From Octopus bimaculoides (taxonomy: Eukaryota): 64,000 nucleotides of DNA. The stretch lies in contig NC_068982.1 in assembly GCF_001194135.2 (NCBI RefSeq), positions 15,179,682-15,243,681 of the forward strand, read 5' to 3'. Of this stretch, positions 49,116 to 62,165 are shown piece by piece (the first letter of the stretch is position 1; each line of letters starts with the position of its first letter). Below the pieces are notes generated by a model. It was not told the DNA's origin, did no database searches, and saw only the letters and a list, made by a program, of their open reading frames with translations. The position numbers were made by a program, and so were the translations under genes.

Positions 49116-50327
49116 TACCACAATATTATTATATCAATATTTCACCGTCAGTTAGCTATTGTCTACATTGGGACAGAGCAGCACTGGATTAAGCAAAATA
49201 AGCATGTGCTGAGGGCATCATGGGAAGGGAGCCATCACGGAAATGGTTTATGGCACAAAAGAAATCACCTTAAACTTGCTAAAATAATATATTCAGTATA
49301 GAAGCAGATGTTTCGTAAGATTATTTCTGAGGATCTGATCAAAGAGTTTACAATTAAAAAAAGTGAGGGAAAACTTTTCAAATAGAAATTAAGTAGAAGT
49401 ATACAAAAAAAAACAAAAACATTATTATCCATCTGTAGTGGATCTTGCATGCATGAAGTGGATTCGGTCCACCATAGCCAAATTTAAATTATCACTACAA
49501 CAGAACTTTTCCCCACGGTGGAACAATGGTTTTTCTGTTACAGCAGTTTTACATTTTCCAGATGCCTTTAGCTCGGCCGAAATAATGTCTTCACCACTTG
49601 ACCCTTTCTAACCTCTTCTACTCCACCAAAAGCTAGGATAGAGATAACAAGACTACCAACTAAATCTATTGTTCTCAATGATATGTCTATCCTTCTGGAG
49701 AGTTATAAAAGCAAGAAACCCCAAGCAAAAGCACCAGTTCAGTCACATGGTGACGACTCAGTGAGAACGAAGTCAGACTGACCAGCTAGAACCTTGGCCA
49801 GAGGAAGAAATGAAGTTTACTGTCAGCAACTGTGAGACAACGTCCCACACCCTACAACTCTCACTAAGCTCTAATTCTGTTCTCTTACAACATCATTCTA
49901 TCTCTCTCTGTAATTACTACTAAACAATGAAGAGGACACAAACACAAACTTTACTTCGCATGTTTTGGGATTTATCATAACCTTCCCGTCAAGGTATGGC
50001 ATTTTTCAACGTAACGGTAAATAAATATTTCCTTAAAACATCTTATATTGTTCATCTTTCGCATCCTGCAACATGTCGTTATAACAACAAATTTTTATCG
50101 TCACAACTGCTGACTCCGACATTTCATAATATTGTGGGTAGAGATGGACTATATGTAATCTGAACCTTTCCCCCCCTTATTTATTAATTTTTTTTACGGA
50201 GTCCCACGTTTTAAGCTATGGAGATTCCGATTCTGAAAAAAAATTTTTTGAAAAATTTCAATCCCCTCCCACACCAAGCAGGCTATTTACATGCTAGAAA
50301 TAACAGCCAAATCTCACAAAACTAGTG

Positions 50328-50372
50328 TTAGGGTTAGGTTTAGGGTTAGGGTTAGGGTTAGGGTCAGGGTTA
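50328..50372 (+). repeat. (TTAGGG)n telomere-type repeat, ~7 units, running into an N-gap (50373-50658)
   Basis: TTAGGGTTAGGTTTAGGGTTAGGGTTAGGGTTAGGGTCAGGGTTA, seen directly. Confidence 0.9.
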
Positions 50373-51863
50373 NNNNNNNNNNNNNNNNNNNNNNNNNNNN
50401 NNNNNNNNNNNNNNNNNNNNNNNNNNNNNNNNNNNNNNNNNNNNNNNNNNNNNNNNNNNNNNNNNNNNNNNNNNNNNNNNNNNNNNNNNNNNNNNNNNNN
50501 NNNNNNNNNNNNNNNNNNNNNNNNNNNNNNNNNNNNNNNNNNNNNNNNNNNNNNNNNNNNNNNNNNNNNNNNNNNNNNNNNNNNNNNNNNNNNNNNNNNN
50601 NNNNNNNNNNNNNNNNNNNNNNNNNNNNNNNNNNNNNNNNNNNNNNNNNNNNNNNNNNATACCCAGATTACATATACTCCATCTCCACCATGTGTACCTA
50701 ACAAATCTCACCCGTTACACATCTTACTGATAGTTTTGTTGCATTTTGAAAAATGAAAATTAATTTTATGGTTTATTATTGTTTATATTTTGAATTACAT
50801 ATATATGGGGGTACTAAAATATATTAAGTGTTTAGGGCCTCTGTGGGCCTTAATCCGGCCCTGGGACAGAGAAATGACTCGTTAATTAACATTAAAACGA
50901 AAGATAGCCCTGGTTATTTTTGGAGAACAGCATGCAACTGAATTCAACTTCACTAACCATTCGTCACCCCAGCTTGACAGTCTTGCTATGAACGTATTCC
51001 AAATGTAAAAGACTCTTATAAATGATGATTTATTTCCTCCAGCTGTTAAAGCTTTAAAATTGCAATTATGGAAGAAGACAATTAGATTCTGCCCAAATTC
51101 ATATAAGTTTACATTGGGCTTTTACAATTTATCGCGAGAAAGCCTCTGGCATAATTTCATTCATTGGTTTCACTTACGTTTTTTTCAAACATTTTAAATG
51201 ATTATCAAAAGTTGTACAACCTTGTAATAAGCTCAGAATATAAAACAACTCGAATTCGTTAGGATTTAAATTCAAGATTGATCATTGTTATAGTAAAATA
51301 TTTGGATTCTCTAATCCATTACTTTTTGCAACATTAAGGACAGTCTGTTGAAATGTCAAATTAAGTGGCTTTAAGTATATTTTCTATTTTGATTCAGTGA
51401 TTTATGATTTCTTTAAAAATCGATTAAACTGGTGTGATAAAGTTTCAATTAAAAAAATACAAATGGAAGTAAAAAAATATCGTTCTCATAAGCTGCCAAA
51501 GCTGTTGTGGTATTGGAAGATGTAAGGGACATAACTGTCAAGCTGTTCTTAAAAACAAACTGGGTCAGAAACCCCCAACAGATTCATAGCATTATTATTG
51601 ATGGCGGTTTGAAAATAAATTTGATAATTTAAGGTTTAATGACAAAAATAAATAAATAAATAAATAAATAGATAAATAAATAGATAAATGAAAGAAAGAA
51701 AGAAAGAAAAAAAAAATTGAAAAAATAAAAAAAGGTAAAATCACTTGTTACAGAAATACCAACAGATGATTGAAGCTAAAGCCTTAGATTGGAAATTCCT
51801 CATTGGAATTACAGTTCAATTAGGAACTGTACACAGTTCTTAATTTTCTAGTATATAGAAAAG

Positions 51864-52057
51864 ATGAGCAATGTTTACACACACACACATACACATACAT
51901 ATATATATATATATATATCTACATCTATCTATATACATATATATAGTATTTATAGTATTTATACATACATGTATATATATATCGAGCGTCATACTAATAT
52001 ATACTTTTGTTATTTACACCACCTGTCCTCGTCTGTTGTTATTTTTTGTATATTCTC

Positions 52058-52152
<95 letters not shown>

Positions 52153-52330
52153 CATACATACATATATATAGTATTTATACACACGTATATATATATATAT
52201 ATATATATTTATAGTAGAGGATAGATAGGTATGTATATATATTTGAATACATACATACATACACACATACATGCATGCATTCATACATAAATAGATACAT
52301 ACATACATGCATACACACATACACACACAG
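51864..52330. repeat. Long compound (AT)n/(AC)n/(ATAC)n microsatellite. Similar tracts at ~30515-30570, 38580-38720, 45020-45380, 56179-56221 (CT)n, 60180-60280, 60427-60487 (TTA)n, 63820-64000
   Basis: Seen directly; most N-gaps abut such tracts. Confidence 0.95.
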
Positions 52331-52929
52331 GCATGGCTGTGTGGTAAGAAGTTTGCTTCCCAACCACATGGTTCCAGGTTCAGTCCAACTGTGTGGCTCC
52401 ATAGTAAGTGTCTTCTACTATAGCTCTTGCCAACCAAAGCCTTGTGCGTGGATTTGATAGACAGAAACTATAAGAAGAAACTGTAAGGCAGCGAGCTGGC
52501 AGAGACGTTAGCACGGTGGCCGAAATGCTTAGCAGTATTTCATCTGCTGTTACGTTCTGAGTTCAAATTCCACTGAGGTCGACTTTGCCGTAAACATTTT
52601 TGCTGCAGGAAAACTCACCGTAGGAAACTTTGCTGGATAAGAAATCTTGTCGTAAGATAATTTCGAAGAAATGGCAGACAACCTGATTTAGAGAAATGGT
52701 AGCTCTGAAAAAAATTGCTTTTTATATCCATTTGTTCTTTTATTTGTTTCAGTCATTTGACTGCGGCCATGCTGGAGCACCACCTTTAGTCGAACAAATC
52801 GACCCCAGGACTTATTCTTTGTAAGACTAGTACTTATTCTATCAGTCTCTTTTGCTGAACTGCTGGGTTACATGGACACAAACACACCAACATTGGTTGT
52901 CAAGCACAAATATACACACGCACACACAA

Positions 52930-52974
<45 letters not shown>

Positions 52975-54573
52975 GATTCTTTCAGTTTCTGTCTACCAAA
53001 TCCACTCACAAGGCTTTGGTTGGCCTGAGGCTATAGTAGAAGACACTTGCCTAAGGTGCCACGCAGTGGAACTGAACCCAGAACCATGTGGTTGGTAAGC
53101 AAGCTTCTTACCACACAGCCACGCTGCGCTTATATGTATATATTTTTCTAATTCTGCTTTAGATTTAACTGTTTTTTTGTTTTCTTTTTGTTCTTTGTAA
53201 ATGTTATTTATATTGTATTACTTTTTATTTAAGCAGAATTTAATTTTTTTTTTTTGGAAGCAAAAACATCTTTTAGATTGCTTTATTTTGCCCCCCTCCT
53301 TTGTAGCTTTGCCATAATAATATAATAAATAGGTTGGTTGAAACAATTATATACTAAAGGAGCAATTCATCTTTTTATTGGTGAAATTGTCTTGCAGCAA
53401 AATTTCCTATGGGGCAAATCAGACTGGAGTCTGGTGCAGCCCCTCAGCTTACAAGCTCTGGTTAAACTGTCCAACCCATGCAAGCATAGATGTTAAATGA
53501 TGATGATCTTTCCTCCTTACTTTATTTCATCCTTATTCTCATTAATGGCTTATTCTCCTTTTAGAGAATAAGTCATTAAAGACTTTTCTCCACTGTTCTC
53601 ACTTTTAGACTGTCTTTCCTGTTTCTTTCCCATAGAATCCCTACTTTTTCAGTGCTGCCTTAACAGCAGCAATTTTTAGTGTCCTCTCTCTTTTCCCTCC
53701 CTTGTGGGTCTCAGATCAGGGCTTGGTGTGTTGGTTTCCTTTTGAATTTTTGTGTATCATATCATATGTTTCCCTAAAGGAAAGCCTTTTTCTCCCATGT
53801 CCTCAGTTGGTTTTGAATTTTCATCAATGTTTCTCTAACATTTCTCTTTTTCCCTAGCTAAAGGTGTTGACCCTACATAAATCCAGCTTTTGTTCCATGA
53901 AGAGGTGGCCTATATTACTTTGGCCTTTATCTTTTGACCTGTCCAGCAGTGGAGGCCTTATCAGGAGCTTGCACTCTGCTGGTATAGCTCTTAGGGACAT
54001 TAATTCACACAAACCATCACACCACAACAGGAACTGGACATTGTGCTGGTTTTCCAACTGAAACACTCCAATATCTCTGTCGTCTCTAGATTCTATTTGT
54101 ATTCAACCAACTATTTTCATATCTTATTTCTTTATATTTTGTAAATATACGCAATAAAGTTTCATTTTCACTAACAATAAGTACATTACTAAGGCACAAG
54201 AGTGAGTGTATTGCAGCGTGGAAAGTGTTTATAAGCCATTTATAAACACACAAAAACCGTTAGATTCACTTCAACATTTAAATTTAATTTGCCTAAATAT
54301 TTTCATTGCTTTGAAACCGCGACCTGTTCTCTGACAAAATTCTGTGCAGCATGGAACTTTGTCAGTGAACAGGTCGCAGTTTCAAAGCGATGAAAATATT
54401 TTGGCAAATTAAATTTAAATGTTGATGTGAATCTAATGATTTTTGTGTGTTTCTTAAATGGCTTATAAACACCTTCCATGCTGTAATTGTTTTCGTTCCA
54501 GCACACGATCTCAGATCAGGTCACTTGCTATGTAAGTACATCTCTGTAATTAGTGCATCATCATATGAAAAAG

Positions 54574-54790
54574 AAGGCGGTAAGCTGGCAGAATTGTTAG
54601 CACACTGGACGAAATGCTTAGCGGTATTTCGCTCACCACTCTGATCTGAATTCAAATTCCACTGAGGTCAGCTTCGCCTTTCATCCTTTCGGGGTTGATA
54701 AATTAAGTACCAGTGAAATTCTGGGGTCGATGTAATCGACTAGTCCCCTCCCCCAAAACTTCGAGCCTTGTGTCTATAATAGAAAGGATT
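54574..54790 (+). mobile_element. Family C SINE with 14-bp target-site duplication
   Basis: ATCATATGAAAAAG at 54560-54573 and 54791-54804. Confidence 0.88.
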
Positions 54791-55019
54791 ATCATATGAA
54801 AAAGGTTTATCCTTTTAGTATCAAGATTACTATGTCAAATGTAATGCATATTTATTTTCACTGTTTTGAATTAATCATGCATTATTTTGTAACTTCAAGA
54901 TTTTGATAATGTGATTGGTTATTTTTAGGATGAGATTGTAGCATAGGTGCAAGAGGTCAGATCTAGCTGGTTTGAACATAAAACAGATAGAGTATTGGGG
55001 CTGGATATGGCTGGTTTAA

Positions 55020-55236
55020 CCCTTTCGTTACTGTATTTTGAGATGTTCTGTGATTCTTTCAATTATTTTAAATATAACAAAGAATTTAGTGAAATAACTT
55101 AGTTGTCATTAAGCTAGTGTTAGGAACATAAATTGTGACTAAGGTTTGGTGGAAGATTTTAATTCAGAACTTTTGAAAACAAGACATTTGTACCACAGAG
55201 CCAGAGGTGGTTTCAGGCGGGTTGGTATCAAAAGGG
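55020..55236. mobile_element. piggyBac-like MITE (opposite-orientation copy at ~13502-13781)
   Basis: TTAA|CCCTTTCGTTAC...GTATCAAAAGGG|TTCA. Confidence 0.8.
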
Positions 55237-55244
55237 TTCAATGC

Positions 55245-55359
55245 TAATGGTTTATACAATTTAATGGTTTATACAATTTAATGGTTTATACAATTTAATG
55301 GTTTATACAATTTAATGGTTTATACAATTTAATGGTTTATACAATTTAATGGTTTATAC
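55245..55359. repeat. Perfect 17-bp minisatellite (TAATGGTTTATACAATT), ~6.8 copies
   Basis: Seen directly. Confidence 0.95.
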
Positions 55360-56174
55360 TCATATCTATGTAACCAGTTAACATTTTCTGTTTTCCTATT
55401 TCTAAATCCTCTCATAAAAAAACTTTGACAATTGAGCCCAGCAATTCCTAGAGATGATTCCTAAATATTCCTGTATTTCAGTATTTGACTTCTGTATAAA
55501 ATGCATTAAAATAACAATAAAATTAAAGAAGCAAAACAAACTTATGATAGAATTTATCACTCCTTAAATCTATTGTGAGTTAGGAAATAGCTGTACATCT
55601 CTTTAAGAAACAAATTAGAAGAGAAGCCGAATGTTTCATTTTACTGGACTTTTTGGCCATCATAGTCGCCCCCCCCCCTACCACATATATTCATAACACA
55701 CATATTAACAGTTATGTCATGTAAATATGCAGTTACATATATGCAAATATATATGCAAATATATTCATTCTTAGTATTTTTTTTTTGTTTGTTTTTGTTT
55801 TGTCGTGTTTTTTTTTTTTCTTCAATTACTCTTCCTGAAATACAACTAAGACTCTCATTATGCAATATAAAGATCACAGCTGCTGTTGGTGGTGGTGGTG
55901 GTCACCATCGTTGTTGTTGTCATTGGTGGCGGTGTCATCATCATCATCACCATCATCGTCATCATCATCGTAATGAAAACAACAATGATAGCCACAGCGA
56001 TGGTGGTGAGAAATGAAGTAAATTCAAAAATCTGAATATTTATGAAACATCAGAGCAATCAGATCTGAAGAAAATTGTATGATTATGTAAAGAACAAGAT
56101 TTCCATCACATGCACCATGTTTCCAAAGATGCAACATTTGATTGCCATTTCTATTTCAGAAATTGCGATGCACA

Positions 56175-56225
<51 letters not shown>

Positions 56226-59029
56226 ATTGTTTTTCCCACTACATATGGCATTCTGGCATTCTTGACGAATTTCAATGGAAACAGGGCCAAAATAATCTCC
56301 CAGGAAACAATGAGTATTCAAAAATAGATTCGAAATAATGAATGTTAAAAATATAACAATTTAGCAGAGTTTCCAAAACCAAATGAAATGATATTCCAAA
56401 TACAATTTTGTTACTTTATTTCTATTAAGAAAACTGTCAGTGGAATTTCAAAGAAAAACCAATAAATAAATAAATAAATTCTTTCCTCTCCCCGTTACCA
56501 AAAAATACTCCCTCTTAATAACATTCTGCATGTGTTGTGCAAGCTGATGCAGCATCCAGCAGTGTTCTTTGAAAATGGTTACAAAACATTGAAGCATTGG
56601 CTACAAGGGATATACGATTAATACATATAGCCCACTTTTTGGTGTTTGTATAACAATAGATTGTTTCATGTGCTGGAAATGTTTGATAATTTGCTCCAAG
56701 CCAATGTTTTGTTATCTTCATTCTTCATTGTTTGTTCATCTTGATTTTGTTATTTCTCTGCAGGTGACGCCATTGTCTATGACATTGGTTAAGGTAATTA
56801 TTTCTGTTTTCTCTAGATTATTTTTAGTTTTCCATTTAAATGTTGTTAGAACCCAACTATTAGATATGTAGTCAAGCAATAACTTTACAAGACAGCTACA
56901 AGCTGATGAAAAGACAAAAAAGACAAAACAAAAAAAAACCCGATTTAATATTAAGTCTGTTGGTTTCAGAATTACAGATGGCACAATTGGTAAAATGTCA
57001 TTTTACCATCCACTAAGTCATATCTAATCTGTCATTGATAATGTGTTGCAACCAGGGCAAAAATACTTGACTCCATCTATCTCTTCTCTCTGGCTCAGTG
57101 CTTATTGTTGTAAATAGAAACCATGAAGAAGTACACCTAGCTCTACAAACAGATGGTGTATTATATAACTGATTTGTGTTTCATTAATTTCTTATGTTAA
57201 GTTGGGATAATCTTATAGAAGTGCAAGCACTTCTCATGGGCAGGCATTTTGAAGACATTGGTGGTTGTGACAAGAGTCCTGAACACATTTCCTTTAAAGG
57301 ACTTCCATGGGGCCATCTTGAAGTGACTGGATCGTTACACATGCATTGAAGTCAGAGAATCCTACTTTGAAGGAGATTAGAATTTTGTGTTTCTTTGGTG
57401 GTTACCGACAGCAAGAATATAGATGGATGATATAGAGTGAAGCACATCTATGACTCAACTTCTATTTTTGATTTTAACTCAACACATTTTCCATTTTGTC
57501 TGCCGGGACCATGAAGCAGTCTGAATTACAGGAAATTGCACATTCCACTCCTTAATATAAAGTTACTCCATATAAATTGCTCTATTTCTGCAATATTAGT
57601 CAAAGCTATTTTTGTTGGTTGTTTTGAGTATGCAGGTGCATGTGCACAGATATAAAATAGAACAGATTAAATTATTTACATTTGTTATAGTCTTGGAAAA
57701 TGTTGTACAGTGGAAGTGCATGGCTTAGTGGTTAGGGTGTTGGACTCAGGATTGTAAGAGTGTGGTTTCAATTCCTGGACTGGTCAATGCATTGTGTTGA
57801 GCAAAACACTTCATTTCATGTTACTCCAGTTTGCTCAAATGGTAAAAATCAGTCATTCAGCAATGGAGCAGTGTCCTGTCCAATGGGGAATATATACGCC
57901 ATGGGAACCAGAAACCAACCTTTCTTTGAAATTAATAAAAGACTTTAGAAGAATCTTTATCCATTTTGCTTTTTAAATGGCATCCCCATTGCAGATGCAA
58001 ATTTTCTGCCCAGAATTTCTAGGTTTGATGCTGAGATAGTGAAGGTAACCCACCACAAAGTCCAGTCCTGGTTGTGATGTGGTGGCTTACATACCTTGAA
58101 AACTCTGAGAGATATGCCAGCAGACACAAGTTCCTGGTAAGGTCTCAAATGCTGGAGCATGCAGTGCCAATAGCTGTAGCCTTGATCTTTACATTGCATG
58201 AGGAAAGTCTTACTTGTACAATGTGCACTTAAGGAGTTTTTGAGACTCTTTTTTTTAAGTGCTGCAGTTATAATTATACTAGATTATAGTAATTTTAGTT
58301 TATCATTACTGTACATCTAATAAACTGACATGCCAAATATTTTAATTCCAAATTGAAGGAGATGGCTGTTACAGGACTTTGAACACATCCTATTAAACAC
58401 AGTTTGCCACAGCTGACTAGTTTGCAGAACACAATTGGGATGTGAAGATAATCTGGAAGCTTGCTATGCAATAAAGAATGATATCAGACTGGGCAAGAAT
58501 GCTACAGAAACATATGAAGAAACACATATACACAATGTACTTCAAATTCTTCCTTGATTTCATTCTTCTTTTCCTTATTTGCCCAAATTGTTTAGCTAAA
58601 TAATCTTCCTGTTATCAAAGAGGTATTCCAAGTGGCCTTTTCCAATCACTTTGGTACCACTCAGTAACTGCACAGGTTCACTTGTTGTTTGTGAACCTTC
58701 CAAAATTTCTGGCCTCGTGAAACTTATGCTTTCAGTTTTCTTATTTCTTTACTGCCCACAAGGGGCTAAACATAGAGGGGACAAACAAGGACAGACAAAG
58801 GGATTAAGTCGATGTAATCGACCCTAGTGCATAACTGGTACTTAATTTATCGACCCCAAAAGGATGAAGGGCAAAGTCGACCTTGGCAGAATTTGAACTC
58901 AGAACGTAACGGCAGACAAAATGCCGATAAGCATTTCGCCTGGCATGCTAATGTTTCAGTTTCCTGTGTTGATATTGTTCATTCTTTTCCATTCTTGAAT
59001 TTCCTCATTTTGTATATGTGAATGCATTA

Positions 59030-59450
59030 ACCATTGCCTCTTGGAAATCATTATGCTCCCTCATTGTGGAAATTATTGTGCTTCTTCATTGTGGAAATTA
59101 TTGATCTTCCTCATTGTGGGAATTATTTCATTTCCTCATTGAAAAAATTATGCTTCCTCATTGTAGAAATTATTATACTTCTCATTGTGGAAAGTGTTAC
59201 ACTCCTTATTGTGGAAATTATTGCATTTCTTTACTGTGGAAATTGTCACGCATCTGTATTGTGGAAATTATTCTGCTTCTTCATAGCGGAAATTATTATG
59301 ATTCCTCATGGCTGAAATTATTCTGCTTCCTCATAGTGGAAGTCATTACACTTCCCTATTGTAGAAACTATTATGCTTCCTTATTGTGGAAATTATTACA
59401 CTTCCTTGTTGTGGAATTTTTACACTTCTTCACTGCGGAAATTACTATAT
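59030..59450. repeat. Degenerate ~22-24-bp minisatellite, consensus CTTCCTCATTGTGGAAATTATTAT, ~18 copies
   Basis: Recurrent TTGTGGAAATTATT core at ~24-bp spacing. Confidence 0.85.
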
Positions 59451-60211
59451 TCAAAACGTCTTTGGCTCACTATATAGGTATATTATGTTAGTAGAATCAT
59501 CAGTGCATTCTTTTAAGATTTCAGACAAGATCTTTGCTTTAGCTTTCACAGTAAAAAAAAAAACTGTGTGGTGTTCTTTTATGGATTTCGTCCACCATCC
59601 ATGTTACTATTTCTAAATTCTTTAAATATTCCAAATTTTTTAAGCTTTTTTGTAATTGATTGCACATTTAATGGATAGCTTCCCAGCATCACCGCGTATG
59701 ACACTTATCTTCATGAAAGGCAGACATCATCAACAGGGTTGAACTAAAATCACATCTAAAGCATTGAAACAGATTTTCAACTTTCATGCTGGGCCATAAC
59801 CTTTAATTTTATTTCCAAATTCATTGATTTTTCTTCCCTTTTTCTTTCTCTACCGACAGAGAGTCACTTTAATGTTTGCTTGCTATATTTTCAGCGGGTT
59901 AATATACGGGGTTAATGCACATAGCAATAAAAAAAAACAACTTATCTGAGAACCAAAATTGAAAGGAATGACACTAAGTGATGCAACGAAATGAAAAGGA
60001 GAAAACATGCAATGCCAGCAGCAACCTCCCTGCATGTTCAAGTTGTCGTGCTGCACCATTTTTAGTCATTGCTGTTGGAGTATATCATATTAAAAAAAAC
60101 CCATATCACTATCTGGGGGTGGCAATAGTAACATTGTAAATGAGTATCTTGAATGATCAGAAGTTGGGGAATAACAGCATTTATATATATATATGTGTGT
60201 ATGTGTGTGTG

Positions 60212-60259
<48 letters not shown>

Positions 60260-60426
60260 AATATATATATATATACACACATAAATATATAGTTTTAGGG
60301 AAAAGAACCAAGGTTCATGAACTCATCAATGAAAATCCACTGTCATATATAGAAAAATTAATAAGTAAAAGCACAATAAATAAGTATAATATAATACAAA
60401 GTAAATATCATAAGATAATGATAATA

Positions 60427-60486
<60 letters not shown>

Positions 60487-60742
60487 CATTATCTTATGAT
60501 ATTTACTTTATATTATATTATACTTATTTATTGTGCCTTTACTTATTAATTTTTCTATATGTGACAGTGGATTTTCATCGATGAGTTCATGAACCTTGAT
60601 TCTTTTCCCTAAAACTATATATTTATATATATTTAATACTGTGAAACTTAATTTAATTGAGTTTTTACCTGTAAATTTGGATTTTTATCCCTAATATTAT
60701 TATTATTATTATTATTATATCTACACATACATATATTATATA

Positions 60743-60979
60743 CAGGGGTAGCCCAAAAATAGGTTTACAGTTATCATGTAGGGACTTTAAATTTCTTTTG
60801 AAACATTTTATTACATTTAAATTTCTATCTTACAAACTTAAAAGGGAGCTTGAGAAAATTAACTAAATTAGAATAGAATAATGGTTTCATATTTTTTTTA
60901 TAATTAAGATCTAAACTGTTAAGATATGAATGCGAAAGTGATAGTTGAATAACTGTAAACCTACGTTTGGGTCACCCTG
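60743..60979. mobile_element. Tc1/mariner MITE
   Basis: ~32-bp imperfect TIR CAGGGGTAGCCCAAAAATAGGTTTACAGTTAT / ATAACTGTAAACCTACGTTTGGGTCACCCTG with TA flanks. Confidence 0.85.
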
Positions 60980-62070
60980 TATATATATATATTATTGGTT
61001 CCAGGAGACACGACTTAATTCGAATTAACTTGTCTCTAGGCTAGGCCAAATTTACTTGTCTCTATGCAAAACCGATAATAATCATTCCGAGTTCTACATC
61101 ATCAGTATTACATGGTTAATAAAAACCTATTTTAAGCTTACAACCAAATGATTTTTATTTTTTAATACAGTACATTTTGCTTTTTAAAAAGAGTAATCTA
61201 AATTTACGAAAATACAATTTGGTGGTGTTTACCGTACATCGTGGATGCTTTATTTATGAATACGGTTTGCAATAAGACATGGTAAAATAAAAGCCTTTTT
61301 TAAGCTTAAAAAACAAATTCAGTAATTATTATTATTTTGCAATAGAAAAAAAAATAATTAGTTAAAATTTATCAATTGGCATAGGAGTGGCTGTGTGGTA
61401 AGTAGCTTACTTACAAACCACATGGTTCTGGGTTTGGTCCCACTGCATGGCACCTTGGGCAAGTGTCTTCTACTATAGCCTCGGGCTGACCAAAGCCTTG
61501 TGAGTGGATTTGGCAGATGGAAAATGTATGTGTGTGTATATGTTTGTGTGTCTGTGTTTGTCCCCACAACATCATTTGACATCCCCGTAACTTAGCGGTT
61601 CGGCAAAAGAATCCAATAGAATAAGTACTCGGCTTACAAAGAATAAGTCCTGGGGTGGATTTGCTCGACTAAAGGCGGTGCCCCAGCATGGCCTCAGTCA
61701 AATGAATGAAACAAATAAAAGAGTAACATGTACATACAATTTGGTGGTTTACATTACAGATGTAGATGCCTGTGGATCATCAACAACTGACTCTGGCTGT
61801 TCTTGTACGATGCATTCACTATGCTACATTACTTTATGGTGTGTATCTTAACATTTACTGTACGTATTTTAATATGATTTTATATGCTTTTATTCTTATT
61901 TATTGTACAATATTATGATTTTATGTGCGCTTAATGATTTAATAGTGATTTTATGATTCCAAAGCAAGACATGCGTTAAAGACATTTAACGCATGTCTTG
62001 CTTTGGCCTGTTGGTTCCCTGACGATGAATTTATGTGCAATTCCAGCAACACATGTCTTGCTTTGGTATG

Positions 62071-62165
62071 TTGGTTCCCTGACGATGAATTTATGTGAAA
62101 TTCCAGCACCTCTTACTTCTTTGGAGTAGAGTGCACATATATTTTGAAACATATGTAGGAATTAA
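62071..62165 (+). ncRNA. Putative type I hammerhead ribozyme
   Basis: CUGACGA (62079-85), GAAA (62146-49), palindromic stem III ACAUAUGU, GUA cleavage triplet (62155-57), stem I UUGGUUCC/GGAAUUAA, long stem II. Folded by eye. Confidence 0.6.

Noticed and set aside
62011-62060. First CUGACGA copy as an independent hammerhead
   Set aside because: No GAAA follows in this unit (GCAA) and there is no stem I partner of its own.
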